Shown here: positions 45,485-55,662 of the stretch, piece after piece | Position numbering within the stretch: position 1 is the stretch's first letter | How the letters are laid out: each line of letters opens with the position of its first letter | From: a virus | Lineage: Duplodnaviria; Caudoviricetes | Length of the DNA stretch: 62,849 bases | IMG/VR virus record: IMGVR_UViG_3300038492_000542 | Span: 1 to 62,849 of that record | Reading direction: 5' to 3' (one strand) | Notes under the pieces: generated by a model | What the model was told of the DNA's origin: nothing | Database searches by the model: none | Seen by the model: the letters and a program-made list of their open reading frames with translations, nothing else | Program-made: the position numbers and the translations under genes

Positions 45485-45931
45485 TTAGGCCACCAAAGCT
45501 TTGTAGAATTTTTCAAGTTCGCCTTCTGGTTTCATCCAGCTTGGCGCTTCATCGCTAAGAGCGTATTGGGCGTAGTCATGCATACGCTGCTCTAAGATAG
45601 TTGCATCGCAGCCAATATCATGGCGCAAACCGTATTCAGTGCCGTCAGTGTAAAAAATATTAATCTTGGTTTTGAAGTAGCCGCCATCAGTGCCATTATC
45701 GATAGCTACTTGCTTGGCGATAGCGGTGTATTCTTCATAAGAGTAAGTTGTTTCATCGTTGAAGCGGCGAGACTCAGACCAGAACACATGAACCTTTTCA
45801 ATCTTTGGCTTGCGAGACTGCTCATAAACTTTAGTTAAGGCAGCTGAAAAAGCATCGCGGTATTTTTTGAAAATGTTAAGAATTGACTTGGCCATTGCGT
45901 GTGCTTTTTTGAAGATTTCTGATTTAGTCAT
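45485..45931 (-). CDS. LPD25-like domain protein
   Basis: WSES...GGY.KTK..I......Y..R.DIG; N-terminal KSEIFKKAH.MAK motif. Confidence 0.6.
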   Translation of the reverse strand: MTKSEIFKKAHAMAKSILNIFKKYRDAFSAALTKVYEQSRKPKIEKVHVFWSESRRFNDETTYSYEEYTAIAKQVAIDNGTDGGYFKTKINIFYTDGTEYGLRHDIGCDATILEQRMHDYAQYALSDEAPSWMKPEGELEKFYKALVA

Positions 45932-45962
45932 TGTGCTCACCGTTTTCGTTGTTGATGGGCTC

Positions 45963-45991
45963 ATTGTATAGATGCTTGATTGTTGCGTCAA
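45963..45991 (-). promoter_or_regulatory. Early sigma70 promoter with palindromic operator
   Basis: TTGACG-17-TACAAT; TTGAT-N5-CGTCAA site at 45976-45991. Confidence 0.75.
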
Positions 45992-46004
45992 GCATTATTT
46001 TAAA

Positions 46005-46469
46005 TCAATCTAGGATTATCCAGTCTTCAGCTAGAATATCTTCTTGCGATGGGTGCCAAGAGTTTGCAACTATAATTTTGTTATTGTCTTTCTGTATCTC
46101 GGTTTTTATTCTTCTAAGCTCAAAGTTATCAACAATAACGCCATTATTGATCATTTCAATATGCATATTGTTTCTATTTAGAAAAATAGACCTAGCGACC
46201 CTCTTTCCCTTTTTTATGGCCTCTAGAGCAAGGCCAAAGCTAACGCCTTCAGATGGCTTGAACAGTCCTAAAAACACCGATTTAGGAAGCCAATGGATGT
46301 ACCCCTGATGATTTGGATGGTTAGAAACTCCAAAGCCTCTATTCTCAACAAGATAGCCATCCTCTTCGCCATCCTCATAATGTGGCATATCCCAGCCGCG
46401 ATAGTTGTTATATTCAAGTTTGGTCATCGGCGAGGATGACACTATTTGGGTTCCTATGTACTTTTTCAT
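46005..46469 (-). CDS. DUF2829 (Tad2-like) domain protein with extra N-terminal domain
   Basis: SFGLALEAIKKGKRVAR ... W.PSQEDILAEDW; N-terminal KYIGT..PMT..RGW..GYLVE..GYI.W.PK.VF. Confidence 0.8.
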   Translation of the reverse strand: MKKYIGTQIVSSSPMTKLEYNNYRGWDMPHYEDGEEDGYLVENRGFGVSNHPNHQGYIHWLPKSVFLGLFKPSEGVSFGLALEAIKKGKRVARSIFLNRNNMHIEMINNGVIVDNFELRRIKTEIQKDNNKIIVANSWHPSQEDILAEDWIILD

Positions 46470-46756
46470 ATTAAGCCTCCATTTTTTATTTCCTCTTCAT
46501 ATTTTTTATTCCAGTCAACTGTAAATGCTATATGCAATTCACAGCACTTTTGCGGTGTTTTAAAAGGAAAGCCATTAAGATTGCTAATATGCTCTTTGCC
46601 TTTTTTTGAGCATACATACCAAGAGCCGCCATATTCCCATCCGTCGCCAACATCTTCGTTGTGAGTGCAATTTATACAACTTGCAACAACTGGCTTTCCC
46701 TCAAAATCAGGTAGGGTTCCATCGCTGGCAATTAAATTGCTATTGTCATTACTCAT
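46466..46756 (-). CDS. Cys-rich hypothetical protein
   Basis: CINCTH, C, CC; possible Zn binding. Confidence 0.55.
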   Translation of the reverse strand: MSNDNSNLIASDGTLPDFEGKPVVASCINCTHNEDVGDGWEYGGSWYVCSKKGKEHISNLNGFPFKTPQKCCELHIAFTVDWNKKYEEEIKNGGLI

Positions 46757-46913
46757 AAAAATTCAACCTTTTGGTGTTAGATCGAAGCAAACAAGAAAAT
46801 AAATAAGAAACATGGTTGATAGTGGCGCCATGTACATTGATATTATTGCGTAAACGTCTAGCCAATCGATGGTGTTAATAGTTTCATGCCTTTTGTCTGG
46901 CTCTAGTTCCATA

Positions 46914-47336
46914 TCAATACAGGCTCCATGCTATGGCAGAAACAATAATTGCTGCTGTTGACATGCTAAAAAAAGCAGCTCTCCACATTTCTGCCTTATT
47001 CGTTTGTATTTCTAGATCTGAATAAGTTTCTTCGTAAGAATTATTGATTCTAGAAATTATTTCCGTTTTTTCCAAAATGCAGTTTTTATTTTTTCTTAAC
47101 AGATGTTCCTGGCGAACAATTTGGATTTTTAGATCCTTGTTTTCATCAATCAGTTTTACTGATGTTTCATTACAGCTTTCTGCGTACTCTTTTGCAGAGA
47201 TAAGTTGCTTTTCTAGATGTATAATCTTTGTTTTGGCCTCTTTTAGGTTGGCCTCTATAATTTCAGCGTTTTCTAGTCGCAATGCCTCTAGATGCCTTTC
47301 GTGTGCATCCCTAACTGTTCCATTAATAACGCTCAT
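46914..47336 (-). CDS. Coiled-coil protein with C-terminal TM
   Basis: Heptad pattern, hydrophobic C-terminus. Confidence 0.55.
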   Translation of the reverse strand: MSVINGTVRDAHERHLEALRLENAEIIEANLKEAKTKIIHLEKQLISAKEYAESCNETSVKLIDENKDLKIQIVRQEHLLRKNKNCILEKTEIISRINNSYEETYSDLEIQTNKAEMWRAAFFSMSTAAIIVSAIAWSLY

Positions 47337-47338
47337 GT

Positions 47339-47779
47339 CTATATCCCGTAGGGTTTACCATACCAAGTTTTAATGTAGCTAACGCTATTGAGTCGGCCTA
47401 TACAGGCGCTTGCGTTTGATATTGGATCACTGAACCATTCGCCTTCCTGTGTATAAACTTCAAAGTATGTTTCTGTAACCTCTTTGTACCCGTCAAAGGT
47501 CCAGCTGCTAAAGTTTGCTGTTATCTCAGGCATAGGCGGGTATTCAACTATTTCATTGGTTGCTGTGGCGGTGTAAACTTCTGATGCCGGCTCTGTCCAA
47601 AATTCATCATAATCATCATCTGAAAACTCACCGAGCACATACTTTGATACCTCTGACTCGCAACCAATTATGGTGTATGGTTTTTCGCTAAATCCAATGG
47701 TTATGAAAACGCCGACTAAAAATATAATTAATGAGATCAATAAAATGATTGGCCATTCTTTTTTTTCTTTTATATGCAT
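47339..47779 (-). CDS. Membrane-anchored hypothetical protein
   Basis: N-terminal TM, acidic exported domain. Confidence 0.55.
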   Translation of the reverse strand: MHIKEKKEWPIILLISLIIFLVGVFITIGFSEKPYTIIGCESEVSKYVLGEFSDDDYDEFWTEPASEVYTATATNEIVEYPPMPEITANFSSWTFDGYKEVTETYFEVYTQEGEWFSDPISNASACIGRLNSVSYIKTWYGKPYGI

Positions 47780-47797
47780 AATTTAATACTGCCTAAT

Positions 47798-48115
47798 CTA
47801 TTTGTTTATATGTCTTAGTAGCTCATCAAGATCAGCTTGACTGTGGTCATACCACTGGCTTCTGATAAACTTCCTGTCTTGATCGTCTTTAAAGACTGTA
47901 AATTTGCAGGCGCGGCCGTTGACATAATCCATGTCAACCACAACGTTTTTGCGTGGTGATCCAATAGCTATGATTTCCTTGGCTTCCTCATTACTTAAAG
48001 GGTTTGCATTGAAGTGTAAAAACCCAAGCCCCTGAGGCTTGCTAAGATCATAAACCTTTTTAACAACCTCTACTAAATCGGCGCCGGTTATCTCGATCAT
48101 GTTTTCTGTGTCCAT
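47798..48115 (-). CDS. Conserved phage hypothetical protein
   Basis: I.ITG.DL...Y.LS.PQG.GFLH...DMDYV.GR..K. Confidence 0.65.
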   Translation of the reverse strand: MDTENMIEITGADLVEVVKKVYDLSKPQGLGFLHFNANPLSNEEAKEIIAIGSPRKNVVVDMDYVNGRACKFTVFKDDQDRKFIRSQWYDHSQADLDELLRHINK

Positions 48116-48143
48116 AATTCCTCCAGTTAATAGCCCCGAAGGG

Positions 48144-48383
48144 CTAGCGGTAATAATTCAAGGCCAAGCAGCAAGACTCTACAATTCGATTTGAAATTGG
48201 AATCAAATAACCATTTAAGCGAGCAAACTTCATATCGCGACCAAGGTCTACTTCAGTAACTTCAGCAGTAGCCTTTTCACCATTTGAACAAACAACCCTT
48301 AAGCAAACAGATTTACCAAAACACCCGCGATCAATGACCTTCATTGAAATTAATTTTTCTATTGCTGCTTCCATATCTATCAC
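48144..48383 (-). CDS. Hypothetical protein
   Basis: Short ORF flanked by GC hairpins (48131-48146, 48403-48417). Confidence 0.5.
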   Translation of the reverse strand: MIDMEAAIEKLISMKVIDRGCFGKSVCLRVVCSNGEKATAEVTEVDLGRDMKFARLNGYLIPISNRIVESCCLALNYYR

Positions 48384-48425
48384 CTTTTAAATTAATTTGA
48401 TTGCCCCTTGCGGGGCGGTTATTTC

Positions 48426-48731
48426 TTAATGAGGAAGGCGACTTAAAGTGCTTCGTACATTATAGTGGCAGGTTTCGCCAAGCTTGGTTAATTGCAATTC
48501 ATCATTGCGATACTGAAGAACTTTCCTATCCTGCAAGTCGTTGATGATCCTAGAAACTGTTGCGACAGTAGCTCCACAGATCTCAGCAATTTCACGCTTG
48601 TCTGATTCTGATTTCCCATTCTTAAAGCAATCTAGAACAATAACATAGTTGGTTGAGCTCAAGATTCCGTGACGGTCAACAACAAGGCTCAATTGGTCTT
48701 TTGTAAAGTCTTTAATATTCATGGTTATCAC
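48426..48731 (-). CDS. Winged-helix DNA-binding protein
   Basis: KREIAEICGATVATVSRIINDLQDRKVL ... LTKLG. Confidence 0.7.
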   Translation of the reverse strand: MITMNIKDFTKDQLSLVVDRHGILSSTNYVIVLDCFKNGKSESDKREIAEICGATVATVSRIINDLQDRKVLQYRNDELQLTKLGETCHYNVRSTLSRLPH

Positions 48732-48768
48732 CGTTTTGTTAATTGCATTGTGCGTCTCAGTGATTAGA

Positions 48769-48798
48769 ACTATATCAAAGGATTGATTGTATCGTCAA
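48769..48798 (-). promoter_or_regulatory. Early promoter with palindromic operator
   Basis: TTGACG-18-TATAGT; TTGAT-N5-CGTCAA at 48783-48798. Confidence 0.7.
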
Positions 48799-48894
48799 GG
48801 TTTATTTTGTGTTTCTAGAAGGTTTTTCTTGATGAGTGGGATTTTTTGCATCTTTAATGAAAAAACGCGACTATTGCCGCGCTATAATTTAATC

Positions 48895-51800
48895 TTATAC
48901 TAATGAATAAGACCTGACGCGACCAACACCAAACTCGCTTGCACCACCCACCCCTGTGCCAGACCACCACGCGCGAACCACTCCTTTTTTAACCAGTCTG
49001 CGAAGTGCACTCAATCGACGCTGCTTAATTGTCTTATTAAAATTAGCGGACATATATCTAAATTTCAACGGCGCGGAGCTGTCTATAGCCTCCCTCAACA
49101 GCTCGCAATCCATGTCAAAGCGCTCTGCAAATCTTAAGTCCGACTCCCAGTCCCACGACGACTGCATTCGGTCACTTTTCAGTTCATCAATTAAGAAGCT
49201 CTCCTCATCTTCTAGCTTAGACATCTACTCACCCTCTTTTATATCTTCTGCTGTTAAAATGCCAGCATCGCTATCATGAAAATTAACTTCTGATATAGGC
49301 TTCCCATCAACAACTAGCGCTATAGACAATCCTCTTCCGCAATCCAATTCATTCATCGGTATTGCTTGAAAGGTTGCATTAAAAGCAGTCAATACCGAAC
49401 TTATTGCAATGTTTGGATTTTTAGAAAGCTTAGGGTTGCTATTTATAAGCTCTATTTTAGATTCTAAAAGGCTGTTTATTTCAGCTAACTCTTTGTAGAG
49501 ATAATGCTGCTTTATGTGCTCCAAAGGCACATCATTTATATTAGTCATTGTTATTATCACCCTCTTTGTGTATGTCGTTAATAGGTTTTACCCAGAACTG
49601 ATACCAGCGCTCACCATCTGCATTGCAGACATCTTGCCAATAGACCACATGACAATTCAAGTTGTGTATTTTGTTAAATGTCATTGCTTTTCGCTCTGCC
49701 AGCTCTCTAGGCTTCCATCCATCGAGAAAGTCAAATCCCGCATATTTAAAGCCACATAGCTCCATATGTCTTTTCCTATCGGGCCTTCGATTTCTTCCGT
49801 TGAACTTAGCAAATGTTTCTATTAAATTACTCATGGTTTGTGTATGTCGTCTGCTGATTTTTCATTTTCTATAAGAAGATTATGCAATATATTAAGTTTT
49901 GCTGGCAAACTGTAGAAGTCTAATTTAAACACCTCTATAAAAACATCCAGCGCCTCTTGCGGCGTGAACTTCTCAAGAATGGCGTTTAGGGCTTCGGTTT
50001 TGTTTTCGCTTAGACGTGGGTCTAACGTTTTATATTCATCGAAGACAGCCTTGCTTTCTCTTAGAAACATATCCTCATATGAACCGTTTTCTTTTCTTAA
50101 GCAAAAACCTCTGCATTCTGCTGCAGTTTCAAATATTTCATCACTCACTTTTCACACTCCCCACAATAAACAAACGTACATCGCATTAATCGTTCACCGT
50201 ATTTGGTTAACCCCGCCTTTTTAAACATGGCCTGCTTCTCTTTGCTTCTAAACCAAATTCGGCATTCTTTGCAGCGGTATTTTCGTCGGTCTTCAATGTT
50301 CATTTGACCATTGCCCGCCTTCATCGAAAGAAACGTGTATATCGTCACGAAGGCGATTGAAAATAACAACATCACAGGAATCTGAAAATCCTTGCTTTAC
50401 GGGCAGATCATCAGCTAAATCACTTATTGCAATCTTTAGATCTTTTATTGTTTTAACCTCTACGGACCATAAGGCATTGTCTGGGTTTAATTTATTGATC
50501 ATAACCCGTCACCCCTTTTAGTTCTGTGTTTGAATTTCAATGGCCTGGGTGCGCCGCTATATCCTCGGCGCTCTATTTTTATATCTTCCTCACCTGATGG
50601 TTTGGCAGTCCAATATGCGCACCCTCCCTGCCACCAAAGAGAGTCACCTATTTTAATTTTCTCGGAGTTCTCATTCTTAACTACATAAATGGCGCACTCT
50701 TCTTTTCCGTCAATTGTATTGACCCAAAAGCTCTGCTCTGTTTCCAATACCTCTATTACTGTTCCGCCCACACTCATAGTTCACCACCCGTTAGCGTCGA
50801 CGATTCCGCAATACTCATCGCCGGTTTCGATGTTATCAAGAACCACGACAAAGAAGCCTTCAGGCAAATTTGCAGAAGGGATGTTACTTAAGAAGTCTCT
50901 AACTGCATTTAAGTCAACTTCTTCCTCTGACTCTTCGTCGTAAAGATCCTCTGCATCAAAAGGATAGCTAACCATCTTAGCGGCTTGGGTTATTCGCCAA
51001 TCGTGAGGGCAATCTAGATTTAACTGTTTCGCGGCTTTAAAGTCGCTGTTTGGGCCTAACATAAGCACATCTCCTCTAGTGCATCGATTACCTTGGCAAC
51101 TGTGCGCATGGTTTTAATGTCGTAGTCGCGATCCTGAAGTGTTTTATTAAGGCGATTCATTCGCAGTCTGTTCTCCTGTGTAGTTGCGTCAAGAACGGCG
51201 GCTTTAGTGGCTTTAATTACTCGAGGTGCGCCTTCCAAGTTATCAGCAGCACCGAATACTTCACCATTAGATCGGTAAAACCGCACACCACCAGCAGTGA
51301 GAGAAGTCTTAGCAATACTCTCGACAGTAGCGACACGTGACGCGCCAAGCGGAGCATCTATTACAACCGTGTCACCCTTGCGTAGGGATTCTAGCCATTT
51401 CATTATTTCACCACCGTTAATCTTTCCAAGCCTATATCTCTATCCATTTCCAAAACAAAAGTCACATGACGCTCAAAAACATCTCCTAGATTAAAAACAA
51501 GGTAAGCGAAAAATAATAAAACAGGAATAATGGAAATAAGTATTATGGCCTGATTTATATTCATTACATGACCGCTATCAAAAATGACTACGGGGGTAAA
51601 AATAATCGCAGCAAGAATAAAAAGCGCAATACCTATTACTAGGTTTTCCTCAGTTGTTTTTTTCATTTTCTAAAAACTCCGTCTGGTTCGCCAGACCAGT
51701 TTGAACAGTCTTCAAGCATTACACGCTTTTCGTAACCCATATCTTTTTCTAGATTCCTAGATATTCCAATATCGCCAAACCTAGAAGCCATTGTTACGCG

Positions 51801-52410
51801 CCATCGCTCACCTTCATGATCGCAAAACAATTTATGCTTTTTAATTTCTTTCTCAAATTTAAACTGCAAAGTTGCTGGTAATCTGTGAAGAAACAAAAAC
51901 CAACTTACAGTTTTGTCTGTATCGTGAGCGTCAATAAAATCATCAACTTCCATCATTTAACACCCATTCTATAGCGCTCAAAGTTTAGATATCTGACAAA
52001 ATTTCTCGCATCCTCTTTCTTTGTCCATGAGCAAACATCTGGTATCCAGCATTGCCACTGTAATTTATTGCTGCAAAAGTAGATGTGAACTTTCCTATGG
52101 ATCTTTCGCTGGCCAAGAATGTCATTAGTCGTTTTGCTATTCTTAATCACTTAACACCTCCATGATCAATTCCTTTCTTTTCTTCACCAAAATTTGGGCA
52201 GCTAAATTGCCTTGGCTCTTTATCATTAACATCTGACTTTATTTTAATGCAGCTCTCACAATAGCTAAGACCGTCCTTGCCTCTTGCCCATCGGCTGCAC
52301 TCAATGCGTTCAGATCTAATATCGAACCAGCCGTTTTCAAGGCCGTAAAATAATGTTGGTGTCACCGAGACTACAAAGATAAACGCCACTATATAACCGT
52401 ATTTATTCAT
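48895..52410 (-). other. Run of about 12 tightly coupled small hypothetical early genes (48895-49224, 49225-49560, 49541-49834, 49831-50148, 50145-50375, 50293-50502, 50499-50777, 50781-51068, 51056-51403, 51403-51666, 51663-51956, 51953-52150, 52147-52410)
   Basis: Abutting or overlapping start/stop codons, same strand, SD motifs; no family recognised. Confidence 0.6.
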
Positions 52411-52643
52411 GATGGTTCCTCTTCTGACCAGATAAGATCTATCTCTTCGTCTGACAATTTCATTTTTCCAATAATGGGCTGGGATTTGGCGCCTGATCGT
52501 ATGGTGCCGTCAACTTCAACTGTGGCACCTTCCATGGATCGCTTCCAAATGGTTTGGGGCTGCTTATCGAGTTCCTCAGCAAGTCTTGAGGCAGCGCCAT
52601 AGCCGCGAGATGATAGGATTTGTTTTAGTGTTGTTTTTAGCAT
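52407..52643 (-). CDS. Cro-like HTH protein
   Basis: GAASRLAEELDKQPQTIWK; first gene after a promoter. Confidence 0.55.
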   Translation of the reverse strand: MLKTTLKQILSSRGYGAASRLAEELDKQPQTIWKRSMEGATVEVDGTIRSGAKSQPIIGKMKLSDEEIDLIWSEEEPS

Positions 52644-52674
52644 GGGTTTTCGCTTTGTTGTTGTGAAAGTGCCA

Positions 52675-52702
52675 ATGGTATCACCATTGATCTAGTCGTC
52701 AA
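52675..52702 (-). promoter_or_regulatory. Early promoter with palindromic operator
   Basis: TTGACG-16-TACCAT; TTGAT-N5-CGTCAA at 52687-52702. Confidence 0.65.
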
Positions 52703-52710
52703 TTTTTAAT

Positions 52711-53427
52711 TTATGAATTTAGCGCGTATATCAGCCAGAGAACATTGGTAATTACAATTAAAACCCAGACATTGAAAGTCATTTTCTTTTCATTATTAAT
52801 CTCTTCCTTAAGATCATAATTTAGGCTCTCATAATAAAACCGCAAGGCATTAGAATTGGTTATTGCCTTCTTTAAATAATTTATCTCATATATAAGAAGA
52901 TTTTTTTCATTTTCCTCTTTCTTCCTGTCTAGGTGATAGGCCAATTCATCACTTTTAATCTTGTTTCTTAAATCAATGATTTTTTCACTTTCACTCATAC
53001 CATTCTCACCTCGCTGGTGACAGCAGCAACTAGAAGTGCGGTTAATGATGGCGGGTTAACCCATTTGTCAGTTCTAACTTCATGGCTATTTTCAACATCA
53101 AATTTCTTTATTTGCCAGAACTTGCAAATATCGATCTCGCCGTGCTTAGTTAGGTCTGAAGAAATCTGGGCCAGCCGTTTGGCCTTTTGGTCGGTAGTTG
53201 GTATCATAAAGGTTCACCAAGTCAGTAGGTTCTAAGTATTTGCCTATCCCGCCGGAATAGTTGTGGAGTATTTTTGTATCCATCGTGCAGCATATGGCAG
53301 AGATCTCTGCCAAGCTGATATATTCTTTATCTTCGCAAAGCTGATCCCTGACAGACGCTATCTCGCCATAGGCCTCAATGATTTTTTTGGCTGCGGCTTT
53401 TACAATATCTTCTTGCTGTTTATTCAT
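52711..53427 (-). other. Three small hypothetical genes (52711-52998 coiled-coil + TM, 52995-53207, 53146-53427)
   Basis: Coupled ORFs on the minus strand. Confidence 0.5.
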
Positions 53428-53531
53428 ATTAAAAAACCCTTATTCCAAATGCTCTAGAGATGCCAATACCACCGATAACGCAAAAAGCTAAAATCACAAT
53501 TTCCATGTTATTTCCCTGCTGTGTTGTTGTC

Positions 53532-53557
53532 GTGTTTGATAATATATTATCAAACAC
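53532..53557. promoter_or_regulatory. 26-bp perfect palindrome (operator)
   Basis: GTGTTTGATAATA|TATTATCAAACAC. Confidence 0.7.
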
Positions 53558-53581
53558 TTGACGCAATGCAAGTGGATTTGC

Positions 53582-53603
53582 AAAAAAAAGGCCCCTAAGG
53601 GCC
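53582..53603 (-). terminator. Terminator after binding-protein gene
   Basis: GGCCCTTAGGGGCC plus T7 on the minus strand. Confidence 0.7.
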
Positions 53604-53620
53604 ACAGGCAACAGCTGTTT

Positions 53621-54379
53621 TTAGATATCAATAATGTATCTGTTGTGGATGTTTAATTTATTAACCGCTCGGTATTGTTTGGTGTTAGGTAGCTTTTGCT
53701 TAATCAGTATGGGCAGTCGCTCGGTAAGCTTGCTGTGAAGATCCATGTCATCTTTTCTAACGTAGAAGACAAAGCGGTTGGTGTATCGAATAATAAAGTT
53801 CTTATCGACTTTCAGGCGATCCTTGTTGGGCTGAATAATCCATTTGTGTTTCATAACCTCATCGGAGACTTCATGGGCTGCCCTTGCATAGCAGTGCACA
53901 ATGTTATTTTCCACCCACTCAATCATCACCTCTTTTCGCGGGTTGGTCCTAATATTGAGTCCGGCCTTTCTTAGGATCTTGGTATCAAGCCATCCCTTGC
54001 CACTGGTGAACTTTATTTTTTTAAGGTCTTCGAGTGATCGCACTGATTTCATTAGGCGCTCAGTGGACTCAAAGTCGTTGGTCATGCAGACTCTAACTCC
54101 CATCATGCCATCATAAATATCGATGTCTACAAGGTTAAATCGCTCGTTGAGCTCGTCTAGTTCGCTTGTGTAAATCACATCAATGGCGCCGGACTCCAAA
54201 CCTTTCCTAGCGCCATTGGCTGAGAATTTAGAGCTCATCACATTAATGTCATGCTCAGGTAGCGCGGCCTTTAAAAGGTTCTTGGCATATGAGCTATTAG
54301 AGTCATTGTTTGAAAGAATGGTGATATCGGCATGAGCCGGAAAGCATAGCGCAATCGCCAGCAAAAAAAGTTGTTTCAT
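53621..54379 (-). CDS. Periplasmic substrate-binding protein (PBP type 2 fold)
   Basis: Signal peptide (AHA|D), G.IDV, GMMGVRV, V.SLEDL....G.GWLDTKIL..AG, Y.R..HE, Y....VFYV. Confidence 0.7.
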   Translation of the reverse strand: MKQLFLLAIALCFPAHADITILSNNDSNSSYAKNLLKAALPEHDINVMSSKFSANGARKGLESGAIDVIYTSELDELNERFNLVDIDIYDGMMGVRVCMTNDFESTERLMKSVRSLEDLKKIKFTSGKGWLDTKILRKAGLNIRTNPRKEVMIEWVENNIVHCYARAAHEVSDEVMKHKWIIQPNKDRLKVDKNFIIRYTNRFVFYVRKDDMDLHSKLTERLPILIKQKLPNTKQYRAVNKLNIHNRYIIDI

Positions 54380-54509
54380 AGGGTGTACCTCTTAAATACA
54401 TAAAAAGCACCCCTAATGGTCAAAAGTGTTTAATTTATTAATCAGTCAGAATTCCCCAATTCCTAAATCAAGCCTAGTTCATGGCGCGTAAAGTTGCAAA
54501 TTTATTTTT

Positions 54510-54527
54510 TGGAACACAAAAAACATC
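54510..54527 (+). promoter_or_regulatory. 18-bp site, copy 2
   Basis: TGGAACACAAAAAACATC, identical to 30072-30089. Confidence 0.65.
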
Positions 54528-54600
54528 CAATTAAATCAGTGGGTTATATTGATTTCGGCGAGTTCTCGCCAACATTTAAAAACCTCATGAGGAAAAATTT

Positions 54601-55365
54601 ATGCAATCTTTAGATACTGATATTCAATCTCTCGGCGGCGGCGGTATGGGTGGCTTTGGTGGTGGCGGATACAATCCTTTACTTTGGCTAATAACCCTGG
54701 GCTTCCTCGGCGGTCGTAACGGCCTATTGGGTGGTGGTAATGAAGCTGGCGCTGCTGCGGTTGGTGCTAACTCTGCAAAAATTGACTGCTTGCAGCAAGG
54801 TCAATCTTTCTTGCAGAACTCACTAAACCAGCAAACTCAAAGCCAAGAATCTGATCGTATTAACGACAATATCTCTCGAAGCTTTGTTAACCTGAACGAC
54901 AACATCAACAACCTTTCAGGTATTCAGCGTGATGTTTCGGATACCATTTTCCGCCAAACAACTTTGTTGTCACAGCAAAACGCTCAAGAGAACAATGCAA
55001 CATTGCGCACTCTTGCTGAGTGCTGCTGTGATCTTAAGTCTGGCCAGCAATCAATTGAAACTGCGATTGCTATGCAAACCAATGATTTGAACACTGTTTC
55101 TACAGCCCAAACTCAGCGTATTCTAGATGCTATCAACGATAACAAAGTTGCGGCTCTTGAGGCGGCATTGGCTGAGCGAACTAGCCAGTTGAATATCGCT
55201 GAGACTGTTAAGCAGATCAGTGAAAACTGCGGTTGCTGCAACGGCACTCAAGGCGGTGGCGGTACTACTGTTGATATCAACGTTATCTTAGCTGCTTTGT
55301 TGCGCAACCAAGGTGCAACATCATCAGCGCCAGGTAACAGCGGCAACACTCCTGCCAGCATTTAA
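54601..55365 (+). CDS. Gly-rich membrane-anchored coiled-coil protein with CCC motif
   Basis: GGGG...LLWLITLGFLGG, Q/N-rich coiled coil, ECCCD, TQRILD, CGCC; GAGG SD. Confidence 0.75.
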   Translation: MQSLDTDIQSLGGGGMGGFGGGGYNPLLWLITLGFLGGRNGLLGGGNEAGAAAVGANSAKIDCLQQGQSFLQNSLNQQTQSQESDRINDNISRSFVNLNDNINNLSGIQRDVSDTIFRQTTLLSQQNAQENNATLRTLAECCCDLKSGQQSIETAIAMQTNDLNTVSTAQTQRILDAINDNKVAALEAALAERTSQLNIAETVKQISENCGCCNGTQGGGGTTVDINVILAALLRNQGATSSAPGNSGNTPASI

Positions 55366-55371
55366 TAGCTA

Positions 55372-55638
55372 GTGTTTCAGGAGAGAATAAGGGTCAGAAA
55401 TGGCCCTTGTTTGACAACTGTTGCTATGCATGAAAAAGCGCATTCTCATACTGAGAAAATGGCCTTAAGGGCTATGGAAAAGCATTTCATGGCATCGTCA
55501 GAGGGTCGGCCTTTTCAAGCTCAATACAATCAGCTTGAGCAGCAAATGATGAATATTCGAAAGCAATATAATGATTTGTGGGAAAAAGCTGAGCCAGCCT
55601 TTGTTGATTATATAAAGGCCAACGGCGGTGATTATTGA
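55372..55638 (+). CDS. Small helical protein, paralog of 30135-30356 (start uncertain)
   Basis: KMALRAMEKHFMASSEGRPF...DLWEKA...YIK. Confidence 0.6.
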   Translation: MFQERIRVRNGPCLTTVAMHEKAHSHTEKMALRAMEKHFMASSEGRPFQAQYNQLEQQMMNIRKQYNDLWEKAEPAFVDYIKANGGDY

Positions 55639-55639
55639 T

Positions 55640-55662
55640 AAAGGGGCTTAGGCCCCTTTTTT
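55640..55662. terminator. Bidirectional terminator
   Basis: AAAGGGGC-TTAG-GCCCCTTTTTT between convergent genes. Confidence 0.8.

Noticed and set aside
45976-52702. FNR boxes
   Set aside because: FNR consensus is TTGAT-N4-ATCAA; these sites are 2 nt longer with a GTCAA half-site
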